64,000 bases of DNA, taken from the NCBI GenBank assembly GCA_963841015.1, contig CAWJAX010000003.1, forward strand, positions 192,001 through 256,000, in the 5' to 3' direction. The notes below the pieces were generated by a model that did not search any database, was not told the DNA's origin, and was given only the letters and a program-made list of their open reading frames with translations. Source of the stretch: an uncultured Methanoregulaceae archaeon. GTDB taxonomy: Archaea > Halobacteriota > Methanomicrobia > Methanomicrobiales > Methanospirillaceae. Each line of letters opens with the position of its first letter. Position 1 is the stretch's first letter. A program made the position numbers and the translations under genes. Below are positions 10,026 through 22,462 of this stretch, piece after piece.

Positions 10026-11276
10026 TTACCGGGATTTTGTCGTCGGCGAAAACATTCGACCGATGTGTCTGATCTGGTTCATACACCACAGTCCACTTTT
10101 AAGCACCGGTACGATAAATCGCATCCTGCCATCCATCTCCTGCGACACTTCTCTGAGTCGGTCAGGGACAGGTATGTGCTGGGGACAGATTTTTTCACAC
10201 TTACCACATTGCCTGCACAATCCTGCGTAGGAGACATTTGAGAGTAGACCCCCGTGACGACTCATATAGTGGAATCTTGCACTCCCATCGTGAGGGAAAA
10301 AGCAGTGTGCGTTATAAAGAGAGAAACAGCCCGGGATATCAACACCCGCCGGGCAGGGCATACAGTATCCACATCCCGTACAGTTGACTTTCATCAGTCT
10401 CTGGTAGGTGTCGCGAACCCGGGCGACAATTTCCAGTTCCGGCAGGGAAAGTGAATTCGGGAGAGCTTCTCCGGCCACCCGCAGGTTCTCATCAATATGA
10501 AGCTCATCGTTCATTCCTGAAAGCACAACAGTTACTTCAGGATGATTCCATACCCAGCGGAGTGCCCACTCTGCAGGAGAGCGTTTGACCGGTGATTCGT
10601 CCCAGATTTTTTTTATCTCATCTGGTACATTCCCGGCAAGGTTGCCGCCACGGATAGGTTCCATTATCATAACAGCGATCTTTTTTCCGGCAGCATATTC
10701 AAGACCCCCGGTGCCAGCCTGATTGTGTTCATCGAGATAGTTGTACTGGATCTGGCAAAAATCCCAATCATAAGCATCGATGATCTCTTTGAATGTTGCA
10801 GGATCGCCGTGGAACGAGAAGCCGGCATTTTTTATTCTCCCGTCTTTTTTCTCGCTGTCGAGAAATCCCAGTACCCCGAGCTTCTTCATCTTCTCCCAGC
10901 TCGCTTTTGTGAGACTGTGAAGCAGATAGAAATCAATGTAATCAGTTTGAAGCGTGGAGAGTTGGGCAGAAAGAATATGGTTCATGTCATCAGGTGAATG
11001 GATTGACCAGGGCGGGAGTTTTGTTGCAATCCGCACTTTTTTCCGGTAGCCGTCTGCAAGTGCCCGGGCAAGAATTTTCTCGCTTTTGCCAAAATGATAT
11101 GCAGGAGCCGTATCGACGTAATTAACACCATTGTCGATAGCATACCGCAGCTGCCGGATCGCACGTTCTTCATCAATCCCGCCTCCGCTTTTTACCGGCA
11201 ATCGCATATATCCGAACCCGAGGATAGAAAGTTCGTCGCCGGTTTTAGGGACTTTACGGAAGAGCATAAGGGTCAC
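10026..11276 (-). CDS. Aldo/keto reductase with C-terminal 2x[4Fe-4S] domain
   Basis: LGFGYMRLP, DTAPAY, ATKLP, YLLH; CTGCGYCMPCP and CRQCGKCEKICP. Confidence 0.92.
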   Translation of the reverse strand: MTLMLFRKVPKTGDELSILGFGYMRLPVKSGGGIDEERAIRQLRYAIDNGVNYVDTAPAYHFGKSEKILARALADGYRKKVRIATKLPPWSIHSPDDMNHILSAQLSTLQTDYIDFYLLHSLTKASWEKMKKLGVLGFLDSEKKDGRIKNAGFSFHGDPATFKEIIDAYDWDFCQIQYNYLDEHNQAGTGGLEYAAGKKIAVMIMEPIRGGNLAGNVPDEIKKIWDESPVKRSPAEWALRWVWNHPEVTVVLSGMNDELHIDENLRVAGEALPNSLSLPELEIVARVRDTYQRLMKVNCTGCGYCMPCPAGVDIPGCFSLYNAHCFFPHDGSARFHYMSRHGGLLSNVSYAGLCRQCGKCEKICPQHIPVPDRLREVSQEMDGRMRFIVPVLKSGLWCMNQIRHIGRMFSPTTKSR

Positions 11277-11379
11277 ATTTCTCTTATTTGATCTGTGATC
11301 TCAATAGGAGGCAGGGATTTAAAATTTTTCTTGGTTTCAGGTTCGACCTGAAAAAAGCGGATCAACCTGACATGTTCGA

Positions 11380-12186
11380 TTATCTCCCGCCATAGGACCT
11401 GACATGCTTCCAGGCACGGTGATATTGATCGAATGTCTTATCCTCCTCATTGTATATCCCAGGATCTTCCCTCAGGTACAGCTTGCGGTCTTCACCGACA
11501 GGACAGACCTTGATACAGAGACCGCATGGGGAGATAGATCTTTTATACAGAGCTTCAGACCGGGTGGCACATGCTTTTTTGTCGGTGAGCCCTTCCGGGT
11601 ATTGCCTGCCATCCAGGGCTTTTACCGGACAGATATCCACACACTGCATGCATTCTGTACATAAAGATCTTTCGATAACCGGATCGGGAGGAATATCCGC
11701 TGCGGTAAAAATCGAGGCAAAGCGTATTCTCGGTCCGAATTTTTCGGTCAGCAGCATATTGTTTAACCCAAAATTTCCCAGACCTGCAAGAAAGGCGGCA
11801 TGACGATGAGAGAAAAAAGTAACGGGGTTTTCCTTTAAGATACTTATCGATCCATAACCGTCCCGCGGGATCCAAATCGAAGGGAAGCCTTCAGCATTCA
11901 GGTATAAAGCGATACGGTACCCGCTCGCGTCCAGCAGCATATTGACCGTCCGGTACAGTTCGTGGTAATAGATTGAGGGAGATGTATCCACAATCGGCAG
12001 GAGTACCGGAATACCGATCACAATAACAGTCCGGGTCTCGGGAAAAATTGACCGTGGCCGGAAGTCCTCAGGAATCCAGGGTTCGAATAAAGGTTTGTCC
12101 CATCTTTGGGCTGGGGCAAAACCAATGAGGGGAATGTCGAGATCCTTAAGTCTGGAGATGATTTTTTGTTTTAACGTGATGTTCAT
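11380..12186 (-). CDS. QueG/reductive dehalogenase-like cobalamin-Fe-S protein
   Basis: SHRHAAFLAGLGNFG, FGPRIRF, CTECMQCVDICP, CGLCIKVCP; start placed at MNITLK. Confidence 0.85.
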   Translation of the reverse strand: MNITLKQKIISRLKDLDIPLIGFAPAQRWDKPLFEPWIPEDFRPRSIFPETRTVIVIGIPVLLPIVDTSPSIYYHELYRTVNMLLDASGYRIALYLNAEGFPSIWIPRDGYGSISILKENPVTFFSHRHAAFLAGLGNFGLNNMLLTEKFGPRIRFASIFTAADIPPDPVIERSLCTECMQCVDICPVKALDGRQYPEGLTDKKACATRSEALYKRSISPCGLCIKVCPVGEDRKLYLREDPGIYNEEDKTFDQYHRAWKHVRSYGGR

Positions 12187-12336
12187 GATTCTACCATGGC
12201 ACGGGCAGCGATAAATGAATTTGGTGGCCTCTTCTGCTTTTGAAAAACATCTTTTTTGCACGAACCATTTCGAACAATGAGTTATGATATATTTATTAGA
12301 CCGGACACCAAGAAAAAAACGGGTGAGCAGATAACT

Positions 12337-12594
12337 ATGGCTTTTGTTCCTGATCCCGCAGTCCTGGTAAATCTCCTCCTGTGCTTAGTTATTCTTGTGT
12401 TGGGATACCTGGTATATCGGAAACGAAACAGTATCAGTGCATTGTTTATTGGTGTTGCTTTTGGCTTGTTCGGTTTATCACATATGAGCACACTGCTTGG
12501 ACAGACGTTGTTTCCCGAAGTTACCTTTATGCTGTTGAGGATTTGTGGATATTTGTTCGTTATTGCAGCCCTCTACCTGTCACTTACCGAATAA
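12337..12594 (+). CDS. Small 3-TM membrane protein
   Basis: Three hydrophobic helices; GGTGA RBS before ATG 12337. Confidence 0.7.
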   Translation: MAFVPDPAVLVNLLLCLVILVLGYLVYRKRNSISALFIGVAFGLFGLSHMSTLLGQTLFPEVTFMLLRICGYLFVIAALYLSLTE

Positions 12595-12643
12595 TCCGTT
12601 GGACTAAAACGATGAGGGATATGCAGGAAAGAAACAACAGGAG

Positions 12644-13063
12644 TCAGTTATTTCCCATAACCGTGCACACGATCGTCCGCTCGCGTCCAGCGTTCACATC
12701 ACATTCAAGCAGGACAATCTGCTGCCATGTCCCGCACATCAGGGTGCCTCCCTTCAGGGGTATGGTGAGTGAAGGGCCGACCAGAGCTGCTTTTACGTGT
12801 GAGCGGCCGTTTCCGTCACCCCAGCGGGCATTATGAGCATAATCTGCGCTATCCGGGGCGAGGACGGAGAGTGCTCGCCTGAGATCGGAAAGTACTCCTG
12901 GCTCGTATTCAATGGTCGTGAGTGCTGCTGTAGAATGTTGCACGAAAAGGTGGGCGACACCGTCCTTTATCCCGCTCTCCTGGATGGCGGTTCCGATTGC
13001 ATCCGTGATGTTGATGATATCCCCTTCACGGTGTGAGTTCACATGGATCTCTTTACGGTACAT
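12644..13063 (-). CDS. yjbQ: YjbQ/UPF0047 family protein
   Basis: HSTAAL, GNGRSHVKA, GTWQQI motifs. Confidence 0.9.
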   Translation of the reverse strand: MYRKEIHVNSHREGDIINITDAIGTAIQESGIKDGVAHLFVQHSTAALTTIEYEPGVLSDLRRALSVLAPDSADYAHNARWGDGNGRSHVKAALVGPSLTIPLKGGTLMCGTWQQIVLLECDVNAGRERTIVCTVMGNN

Positions 13064-13231
13064 GAATTATCCCGATCAGGGAGATTGGGGGCCGGACAGA
13101 TAAATGATATGGGAAGAACCTAAACGGCTGAAATAAGATCCCAGATACCTGATTTAAGTCCCTGGATAGAACCGGTGGAAACCTGCCCTGGTCCTCTAAA
13201 ACCTCTTCCAGAATGACTTTAAAAAAAATCT

Positions 13232-15728
13232 CTAAAAAAAATTACTCTTCCGGTTTTTCCGCTCCGGGATCACTGTCCCATTGTCCATGTCCACCGGGAG
13301 GATCGCCACACCAACAACCTTGTCCTTTTCATCAAGGCGCATGACGCGGACGCCCTTGGTACCGCGGCCGATAACACGGATCTCACTGACCGGGGTCCTG
13401 ATGACCACACCTGATGCAGTCATGGCGATAATCTCATCAGTGTCGGAGACTGCACGCGACTCGATGATCACAGCATCGCGCTCGAGAACCATGGTGCGGA
13501 CGCCCCTTGTTCCCCGGCCATGCCCACGGAAATCGTCAAATTCGGTCCGTTTTCCGAACCCGACATCGGATATGGTGAGGAGTGTGTGTTCACTATCTAC
13601 GAGTGTAATGGCGCAGACCGTATCCTCCTTGATGTGGAACCGCATGCCAATAACACCGGATGCATTCCGTCCCACGATCCTGACGGTCTCTTCGTGGAAT
13701 CGGAGGCCGTACCCGAACCGGGTCGAGAGGACGACTTCCCGGGTATTGTCTGTCGTGATGACGTCGACAAGCTGGTCTCCTTCCTTGAGCCGGATCGCGT
13801 TCGTTCCGGTCGACCGAGGGTTCGAGAACTCAGTCTCCGGGATCTTGATAACCTGCCCGAGTTTTGTCGCGAACATAAGGTACTTGTCAGGCCGGAACTC
13901 GCGGATGGGGATAACGGTCGTGATGACCTCATCTTTTAAGTTGAGGAGATTAATGATCGGCTTGCCCTTTGCAATCCTTGAGCTCTCGGGGATCTGGTAT
14001 ACCTTGAGCCAGTACACCCGGCCGGTGCTTGTGAAGCAGAGAAGGTAGTCCTTCATGCCGGCAGCGAAAACTGAGCTGACGACATCATCCTCCTTCGTAG
14101 TCATTCCCGTGACACCATGGCCTCCACGCCGCTGCTTCCTGTAGGTGTCGAGATCCATCCGCTTGATATAGTTCGTCTTCGTGATGGAGACGAGCACCGT
14201 CTTGTCCTCGATCAGATCCTCGGTCGAGAGATCGCTTGTGTCGAGGGCAATCTCCGTTCTGCGGGCGTCACCGAACTTCAGGGCGATCTCGGAGGTCTCG
14301 CGCCGGATCTCGTCCTTGATGTTTGCCTCGGACGAGAGGATCGTCTCGAGCCTGCGGATCTCTGTTTCGAGATCGTTCTTCTCATCGGTTATTTTCCGCT
14401 GCTCAAGCGCCGCGAGCCTGCGAAGCTGCATCTGCAGGATTGCATTAGCCTGGGGTTCATCGAGGCCGAAACCCGCAATGAGCGCGATCCGTGCGTTGTC
14501 GACCGTGTCGGATCCACGGATTGCCGCGATGATCTTATCGATATTCGCGAGAGCGGTGAGGAGGCCGTTTAAGATATGGACCCGCTCTTGGCACTTGTTG
14601 AGGTCGAACTCCGACCTGCGCCTGATCACCTCGATCCGGTGGTGGACGAAGTTCCCGAGGAGTGCCGGGAGATTGAGGATCTTCGGGGCCCCGTCCACGA
14701 TCGCGAGGTTGGAAGCCGAGAAACTGGACTCCAGCGCCGTGTATTTGTACAGGTTGTTGAGAATGACCGCAGAGATCATGCCCTTTTTCAGCTCGAAGAC
14801 GACCCGGATCCCGTCCTTGTCCGATTCATCGCGGATATCGCTGATGCCATCGAGCTTCTTGTCTTTGACCATCTCCGCGATAGCCGTAATCCACAGGGCT
14901 TTGTTGACCTGGTACGGGAGTTCGGTGACAATAATCCGGTCGCCCCGGTTACCGCCTTCGGACTCTTCTATCTCGGCAACCCCGCGGACCACGACCCGGC
15001 CCTGGCCGGTAGCATAGTAATTCCTGACACCTTCGACGCCCATCAGGATGCCGCCGGTCGGGAAGTCCGGGCCCTTCATGATCTGGAGGAGTTCCTCTAC
15101 AGTTACATTCGGTTCTTCGAGGAAGCGGTTGACAGCTGCACAGACCTCGCGGAGGTTGTGCGGCGGCATCTTGGTCGCCATCCCGACTGCGATACCGTCA
15201 GTCCCGTTGACGAGGAGGTTGGGGATCTTCGAGGGGAGGACGGTCGGTTCTTTCAGTGACTCATCGTAGTTGGGGACGAACGTTACCGTCTCCTTGTCGA
15301 GGTCCTGCAGGATTGCCTCGGCATACGGGAAGAGCCGGACTTCGGTGTACCTGCTTGCTGCCGCGGAATCGCCATCCACGGAACCGAAGTTGCCCTGCCC
15401 CTGCACCAGCATGTGGCGGTACGAGAAGGCCTGGGCCATCTTGACGATGGTGTCGTAGATGGAAGCATCGCCGTGCGGGTGATACTTACCCATCACGTCA
15501 CCAACCACCCTTGCGCTCTTCTTGGTGGGCTTGTCACTCGTGTTGCCCATGTCCCACATCGCATAGAGCGAGCGCCGGTGAACCGGCTTGAGACCATCGC
15601 GGACATCGGGGATGGCACGGCCGATGATGACCGACATCGCGTAATTGATGTACGAGGTCTTCATCTCCTGCTCGATGCTGATCGGCTCGGTCCTGTGAGT
15701 TACAACTGCTTCAGCAGGGACATTCTTC

Positions 15729-15739
<11 letters not shown>
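13232..15739 (-). CDS. gyrA: DNA gyrase subunit A
   Basis: RAIPDVRDGLKPVHRR, GKYHPHGD, RYTE catalytic Tyr, GyrA box QRRGGHG, beta-pinwheel repeats. Confidence 0.98.
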
Positions 15740-17838
<2,099 letters not shown>

Positions 17839-18109
17839 TTAAAAAAATACATAAAATTGCGCAGAATTTTCACATGTATTATTGGTGTCCGGATCATATA
17901 AGGGTACTCCTCTATTTTCAGACGTAAAAATAATAAAATTACTGCTTTGCAAAAACCACTATTTTCTGATGATTTTTTTAAAAATATATTTTGTCTTGGT
18001 TATGCAGGGAAACGTTGCCATCCAGAGGTAGAATCCCACAACTTTTTATAATATAGGTTTCTTCCTTCGCTGAATTTTCTGTTACCCCTGATCGAAAAAA
18101 GAGCCCGGG

Positions 18110-18418
18110 TCATTTGTACTCGCCGATTGATGCGTCAGCAATACCGAGTTCGCGGTCAATTGCGACTACCAGCCTGTTGAGGGTATTAACTACGTCTTTT
18201 GCTTCTTCCTTGTCCATAGTGCCCGGCTGGTGCCAGATTACTTTCTTTTTCAAAAGCGTGGTGATCTCTTCAACCTCAGTACCTTTGAACTTTTCCGGCA
18301 GCACCAGCCCCCCTACGTGATCCCCGGCCCCGAACCAGGCTTGATCCGGGGGCAGTGCAAAGTGCCGGACGATGAGCATGATGCTCGTGATAAATCCATG
18401 ACCAAACGGATGCTCCAT
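18110..18418 (-). CDS. Conserved hypothetical protein
   Basis: 102-aa ORF with globular composition directly downstream of cbiQ. Confidence 0.7.
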   Translation of the reverse strand: MEHPFGHGFITSIMLIVRHFALPPDQAWFGAGDHVGGLVLPEKFKGTEVEEITTLLKKKVIWHQPGTMDKEEAKDVVNTLNRLVVAIDRELGIADASIGEYK

Positions 18419-18456
18419 GATTACAAGATGGTGAAGGAGTTAAAAAAAGATACTGG

Positions 18457-19285
18457 TTAAAATAGACGGACTGCAGTCACCCAGATCATCACCGGAACGG
18501 TTACGATAAAGCTGAGGGAGAACGTAAGAAATACCCACTCGTATCTCCGAAGGGGTTTTTTTGTCACAAAGAGAAAACTTTCCCTGCCATATCCCCGACA
18601 GAGCATACTGGTGTATACCCTTTCCCCCTGCTCGTACGAACGGATAAACATGGTGCCGATGGTGTAGCCCAGTCTGATTGAGACGATAGCGGTAGGGAAG
18701 ATGGCGATCGAACGCATCGAAGCATTTGGTCTTTAATGTTTCGTTGATCTTGCGGTACATATACCCGAACACAAACAGGTAGCGGATCATCATGCCCAAT
18801 GCTAGTGCGAATTCTGCGGGCAGTCCCATTCGGGAAGCTCCCTCGAGGAGCTCAGGCATCTTTGTCGTTGATGAGAGGAGAATAATAAAAGAGACCGTGA
18901 CAATAAACTTAACCAGGAGAATAAAGGCAAACTCTATGGATTCAGCATAGATGTTTATTCCCCACGGAAGGCTCACGACCACCGTGTAATCGGTGTAGTA
19001 CTTGTTCTTTACAAAAATCTGGAAGAAGATGATTATTCCCCAGAGAGGAAGTATCGAGAGCAGACGTTTTGCATAGACCGCAAGGGGAAGTCGTGAGCAG
19101 CACCAGAGTATGAAAAAGAAAGCAAAGAAAATAGCTCCCACAGTATAGATCATCGTTGAGTAGGGCACGGCAACAAGGGCAATGATTGCGGCAAACGCAA
19201 TTACGATTTTAACCCTTGCGTCAAGACGATGGATCACACTGGTCTTATATGCATCCCGTTCTATCTCAAAGAGCTCTTCTATCAT
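18457..19285 (-). CDS. cbiQ: Ni/Co ECF transporter T component CbiQ/NikQ (frameshift near 18675)
   Basis: HRLDARVK, MMIRYLF; second frame gives GTMFIRSYEQGERVYTSMLCRGY. Confidence 0.88.
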
Positions 19286-20115
19286 GATCGTTTGCCAAAT
19301 GCTCGAAGCAGGGAGTTCTCTGCGTCCGCGTAGGTGTAGGCCATGGATACTTCTACGCCACTCTCTTTTAGCGTCTTTAAGAGTTTGGGAAGAACGGGTA
19401 CATCGAGTCGGACGGACTGAAGCATCTCCGGCTGCACAAAGATCTCGTCCACGGTTCCGCTCGCTACGATGCGTCCTTTGTCCATGACATAGATATAATC
19501 GGCTACCTCAGGAACGAGTGCCACATCATGAGTTGAGAAGATAACGGTCATCCCGTACTTTTCCGAAAGGGAGTTTATGAACCTGTTAAGGTCGGCAACG
19601 CCCCGGGGATCAAGACCGGCATTTGGTTCATCAAGCACGAGCACTTCCGGTTCCATCGCAATGACCCCGGCAATGGCAACCCGCTTCTTTTCACCCCCGC
19701 TCAGGTGATGGGGCACCCGGCTGGCAAGGTGCTCGATCCCTACCACCCGAAGAGCTTCGTGTACACGGTGGCGGATAGTTTCTGCATCGAGGCCGAGATT
19801 CGTGGGACCAAAAGCAACATCCTGCTCAACCGTTGGTGAGAAGATCTGGTCATCAGGATTCTGAAAAACGATGCCTACAAATTTCCTTATCTCCCGAAGG
19901 TTCTGCTTCGTGATGGGTTCGCCCCGGATAAGAACGGAACCGGAGGTAGGTTTGAAGATGCCATTGAAGTGCTTGAACAGCGTGCTTTTTCCTGCACCGT
20001 TCGATCCGATCACCGCGATGCGTGCTTTTCTCGGGGCGATAAAATTGATATGGTCCAGTGCGGTGACGTTACCGGGATAGACATAATTGAGCTCGCGGGT
20101 CTCGATCAGGTGCAT
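19282..20115 (-). CDS. cbiO: Ni/Co ECF transporter ATPase CbiO/NikO
   Basis: GSNGAGKST, VFQNPDDQ, LSGGEKKR, LDEP. Confidence 0.93.
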   Translation of the reverse strand: MHLIETRELNYVYPGNVTALDHINFIAPRKARIAVIGSNGAGKSTLFKHFNGIFKPTSGSVLIRGEPITKQNLREIRKFVGIVFQNPDDQIFSPTVEQDVAFGPTNLGLDAETIRHRVHEALRVVGIEHLASRVPHHLSGGEKKRVAIAGVIAMEPEVLVLDEPNAGLDPRGVADLNRFINSLSEKYGMTVIFSTHDVALVPEVADYIYVMDKGRIVASGTVDEIFVQPEMLQSVRLDVPVLPKLLKTLKESGVEVSMAYTYADAENSLLRAFGKRS

Positions 20116-20157
20116 GAGTATAGGGAATAGGTTGAAAAAATGTAAAGTTCTTTGGGT

Positions 20158-20505
20158 TTAGTTTACCGGTTTGTTAGCAGCCTTGATGGCATAGGCAAGA
20201 CCGATTGCAACAAGGAATGCAAGCAAGGTGCCGACAATTATTGCAATTAGCCCACCCATAGGCCCCATCTCCTCCCCAAGGGAGTAATCCGGGCATGAGT
20301 GATGTATAGGAAAACTTTCCCGTCATGTCTTCGTGAATCTCAGCAGTTCCGGTGGTGTTGCGCCGGTAAGTTCCTTCTGTCCCTGCACAACCAGCGCTGT
20401 GCTTTCCATACCATCCGGATCACCAGATGCCATGAATACGGCAGTAACCCCAATGAGCAGTGCGATAATAATACCTGCAATTATGAATGTTTTGTTGTCC
20501 ATCAT
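20158..20505 (-). CDS. PDGLE-domain NikN-like membrane protein (frameshifted)
   Basis: ASGDPDGMES motif; downstream frame gives MPDYSLGEE...IIVGTLLAFLVAIGLAYAIK. Confidence 0.75.
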
Positions 20506-20529
20506 GATGCTTATGCCCCCGATGGAGTC

Positions 20530-21156
20530 TTAACTCCGCGTATCCACCAGATCCGGGCGGACATTGGTGATAAGGTAAATGGCTGCTACGGTTACAAGTC
20601 CTTCGATCACACCGATGATTGCATGGTAGATTCCCATCGCAATCAAGCCTTCCACGAGCGGGAATGTGCCTGCAAGGAACATCTCAACTGACAGGCGAGA
20701 GCCGGTATCAGGCAAGCCAGCCATGCCGCAAAGAAGGCGGAGATTGGCATGCTCTTTGTCATTCCCATCAATCCCTTGAACGTGTAGAAGCCGACAAAGC
20801 CTCCGATTACACCCATATTGATAATGTTGGCGCCCATCACAACGATACCGCCATCACCAAATACGACGCCTGCACAATCAGGACCAGGGTGAGAATGAAA
20901 GACAGCCGCGAAGGGTGATCCGAGAAGGATGGCTGCTAAGTGCACCACCTACGAGGTGTCCGCTTGTCCCCATCGATACGGGGAGGTTGAAGGACTGGAG
21001 GGCAAAGATACCGGCTGCAAGAACCGCGACCAGCGGAAGTTTCTCTTCGTTCAGTTCGTTCTTTGCCCACTTGAGAGCAAGTGCTATAAACACAAGGGCA
21101 ATAATCCAGTAGATTGCGCCCTGCCAGATTGGTATGAATGCGTCAGGAATATGCAT
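20530..21156 (-). CDS. cbiM: Ni/Co ECF substrate component CbiM/NikM, split by several frameshifts
   Basis: N-terminal MHIPDAF metal-binding motif, GTSGHLVGG, FGDGG..GANIINMG and HAIIGVIEG, found in different frames. Confidence 0.85.
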
Positions 21157-21195
21157 GGATTCACCACAAAGTAATTATTACAATTATACAATATC

Positions 21196-21223
21196 GTAAC
21201 ACCTAGTAATTAAAAAGTATTGC
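21196..21223. promoter_or_regulatory. Putative NikR operator
   Basis: GTAACA-N16-TATTGC pseudo-palindrome over the AT-rich TATA region about 40-67 nt upstream of cbiM. Confidence 0.55.
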
Positions 21224-21641
21224 TATTTGATATTATATCAAAATTATTCTAAATTTCATCTGAACATTTAAATTAGTCTCACCCTGGGGCATACAATGTT
21301 GGAACAACATTTCAGAGGCGATAAAAAAAATTTAATTCCTTACATGAACCCTCTTTTGAGAAAGTACCACCATGACTCAATGGAGGGCTTTTAGTAATAA
21401 ATTTTTTTATTTTTGTATGATTTTTTAAATTAATATTAAAAAAAATAAAAATGTTATGTGAAATCGGCAATTCTCTCTCAATAACCATGGTTTTTCTTAT
21501 TAATTGATAACGGATTTTGATGAATCCATGGATGACTTGATAATTTCTCATGTCGGAAGTCTCATTCTTTCATACTTTCCCGAACATTTTTCAAAACCTT
21601 AAAAAACAATCCGCAATGATATAGACATCACTGAGGCTAGT

Positions 21642-22064
21642 ATGACCATGGACTCTGATCTCTCACGCATCGGAATATCGCTTCCCAGCAACCTGCTTGA
21701 CAAATTTGATGATATTATCAACCAGCGCGGGTACTCGTCGCGTTCAGAGGGGATCCGTGATGCGATCCGTACCTATATCACGTATTACAAATGGATGTCC
21801 GATGTCAAGGGTGAACGTGAAGGGGTCATTACCATGGTATATGATCATGATCAGAGAGGACTGCTGGTCACCCTCACCGATATTCAGCATGAATTTCATG
21901 CCATCATCAAGGCATCACTCCATTCGCACGTAACCCATGATCGCTGTCTGGAAGTGATTCTGGTTCATGGGGATGGTGCAGAGATCAAAACGTTTGCCGA
22001 GCGGCTCATGTCCCAGAAAGGTGTTGAGTCGGTGAAGCTTACGACTATCCACGTTGAAGAGTAA
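21642..22064 (+). CDS. nikR: Nickel-responsive regulator NikR
   Basis: RIGISLP...RSEGIRDAIR ribbon-helix-helix; HEF...HSHVTHDRCLE Ni site; divergent from cbiMNOQ. Confidence 0.95.
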   Translation: MTMDSDLSRIGISLPSNLLDKFDDIINQRGYSSRSEGIRDAIRTYITYYKWMSDVKGEREGVITMVYDHDQRGLLVTLTDIQHEFHAIIKASLHSHVTHDRCLEVILVHGDGAEIKTFAERLMSQKGVESVKLTTIHVEE

Positions 22065-22462
22065 GGGGCACAAAACCATTTTTTTTGGAATCTTTTTAAA
22101 ATAAAAAGGAAATGAGGTCATCTTTTTTCCCTGCTGCCGTAAAATCTCCAACAATAAAAAAAAAGATGCATTGCATCAATGCCTTGCCAGTCTTTATTAT
22201 TCTATCAGAACAGGATATAGATTGAGAAAGATCCGGACAGATATCACCCAGAACAAATCTTATACCGGGTCTTTCGGTTCCTTCAAATACTGCACATAAT
22301 CCAAAATATCTTCAAATAATGTTCTATATGTCGAAAAGTCCAATTAAAACAATGAAATTTTTTAAGGTAAATATAAATACATGTACGAAAAATTATTACC
22401 AACGGTAAACAGAGATTGTAAATTGACTATCTGTCAATATCGATGGATCTGCGGAGAATACT

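Noticed and set aside
21240-21640. AT-rich tract as a replication origin
   Set aside because: No ORB repeats or cdc6/orc1 gene; explained as the divergent nikR/cbiM promoter region
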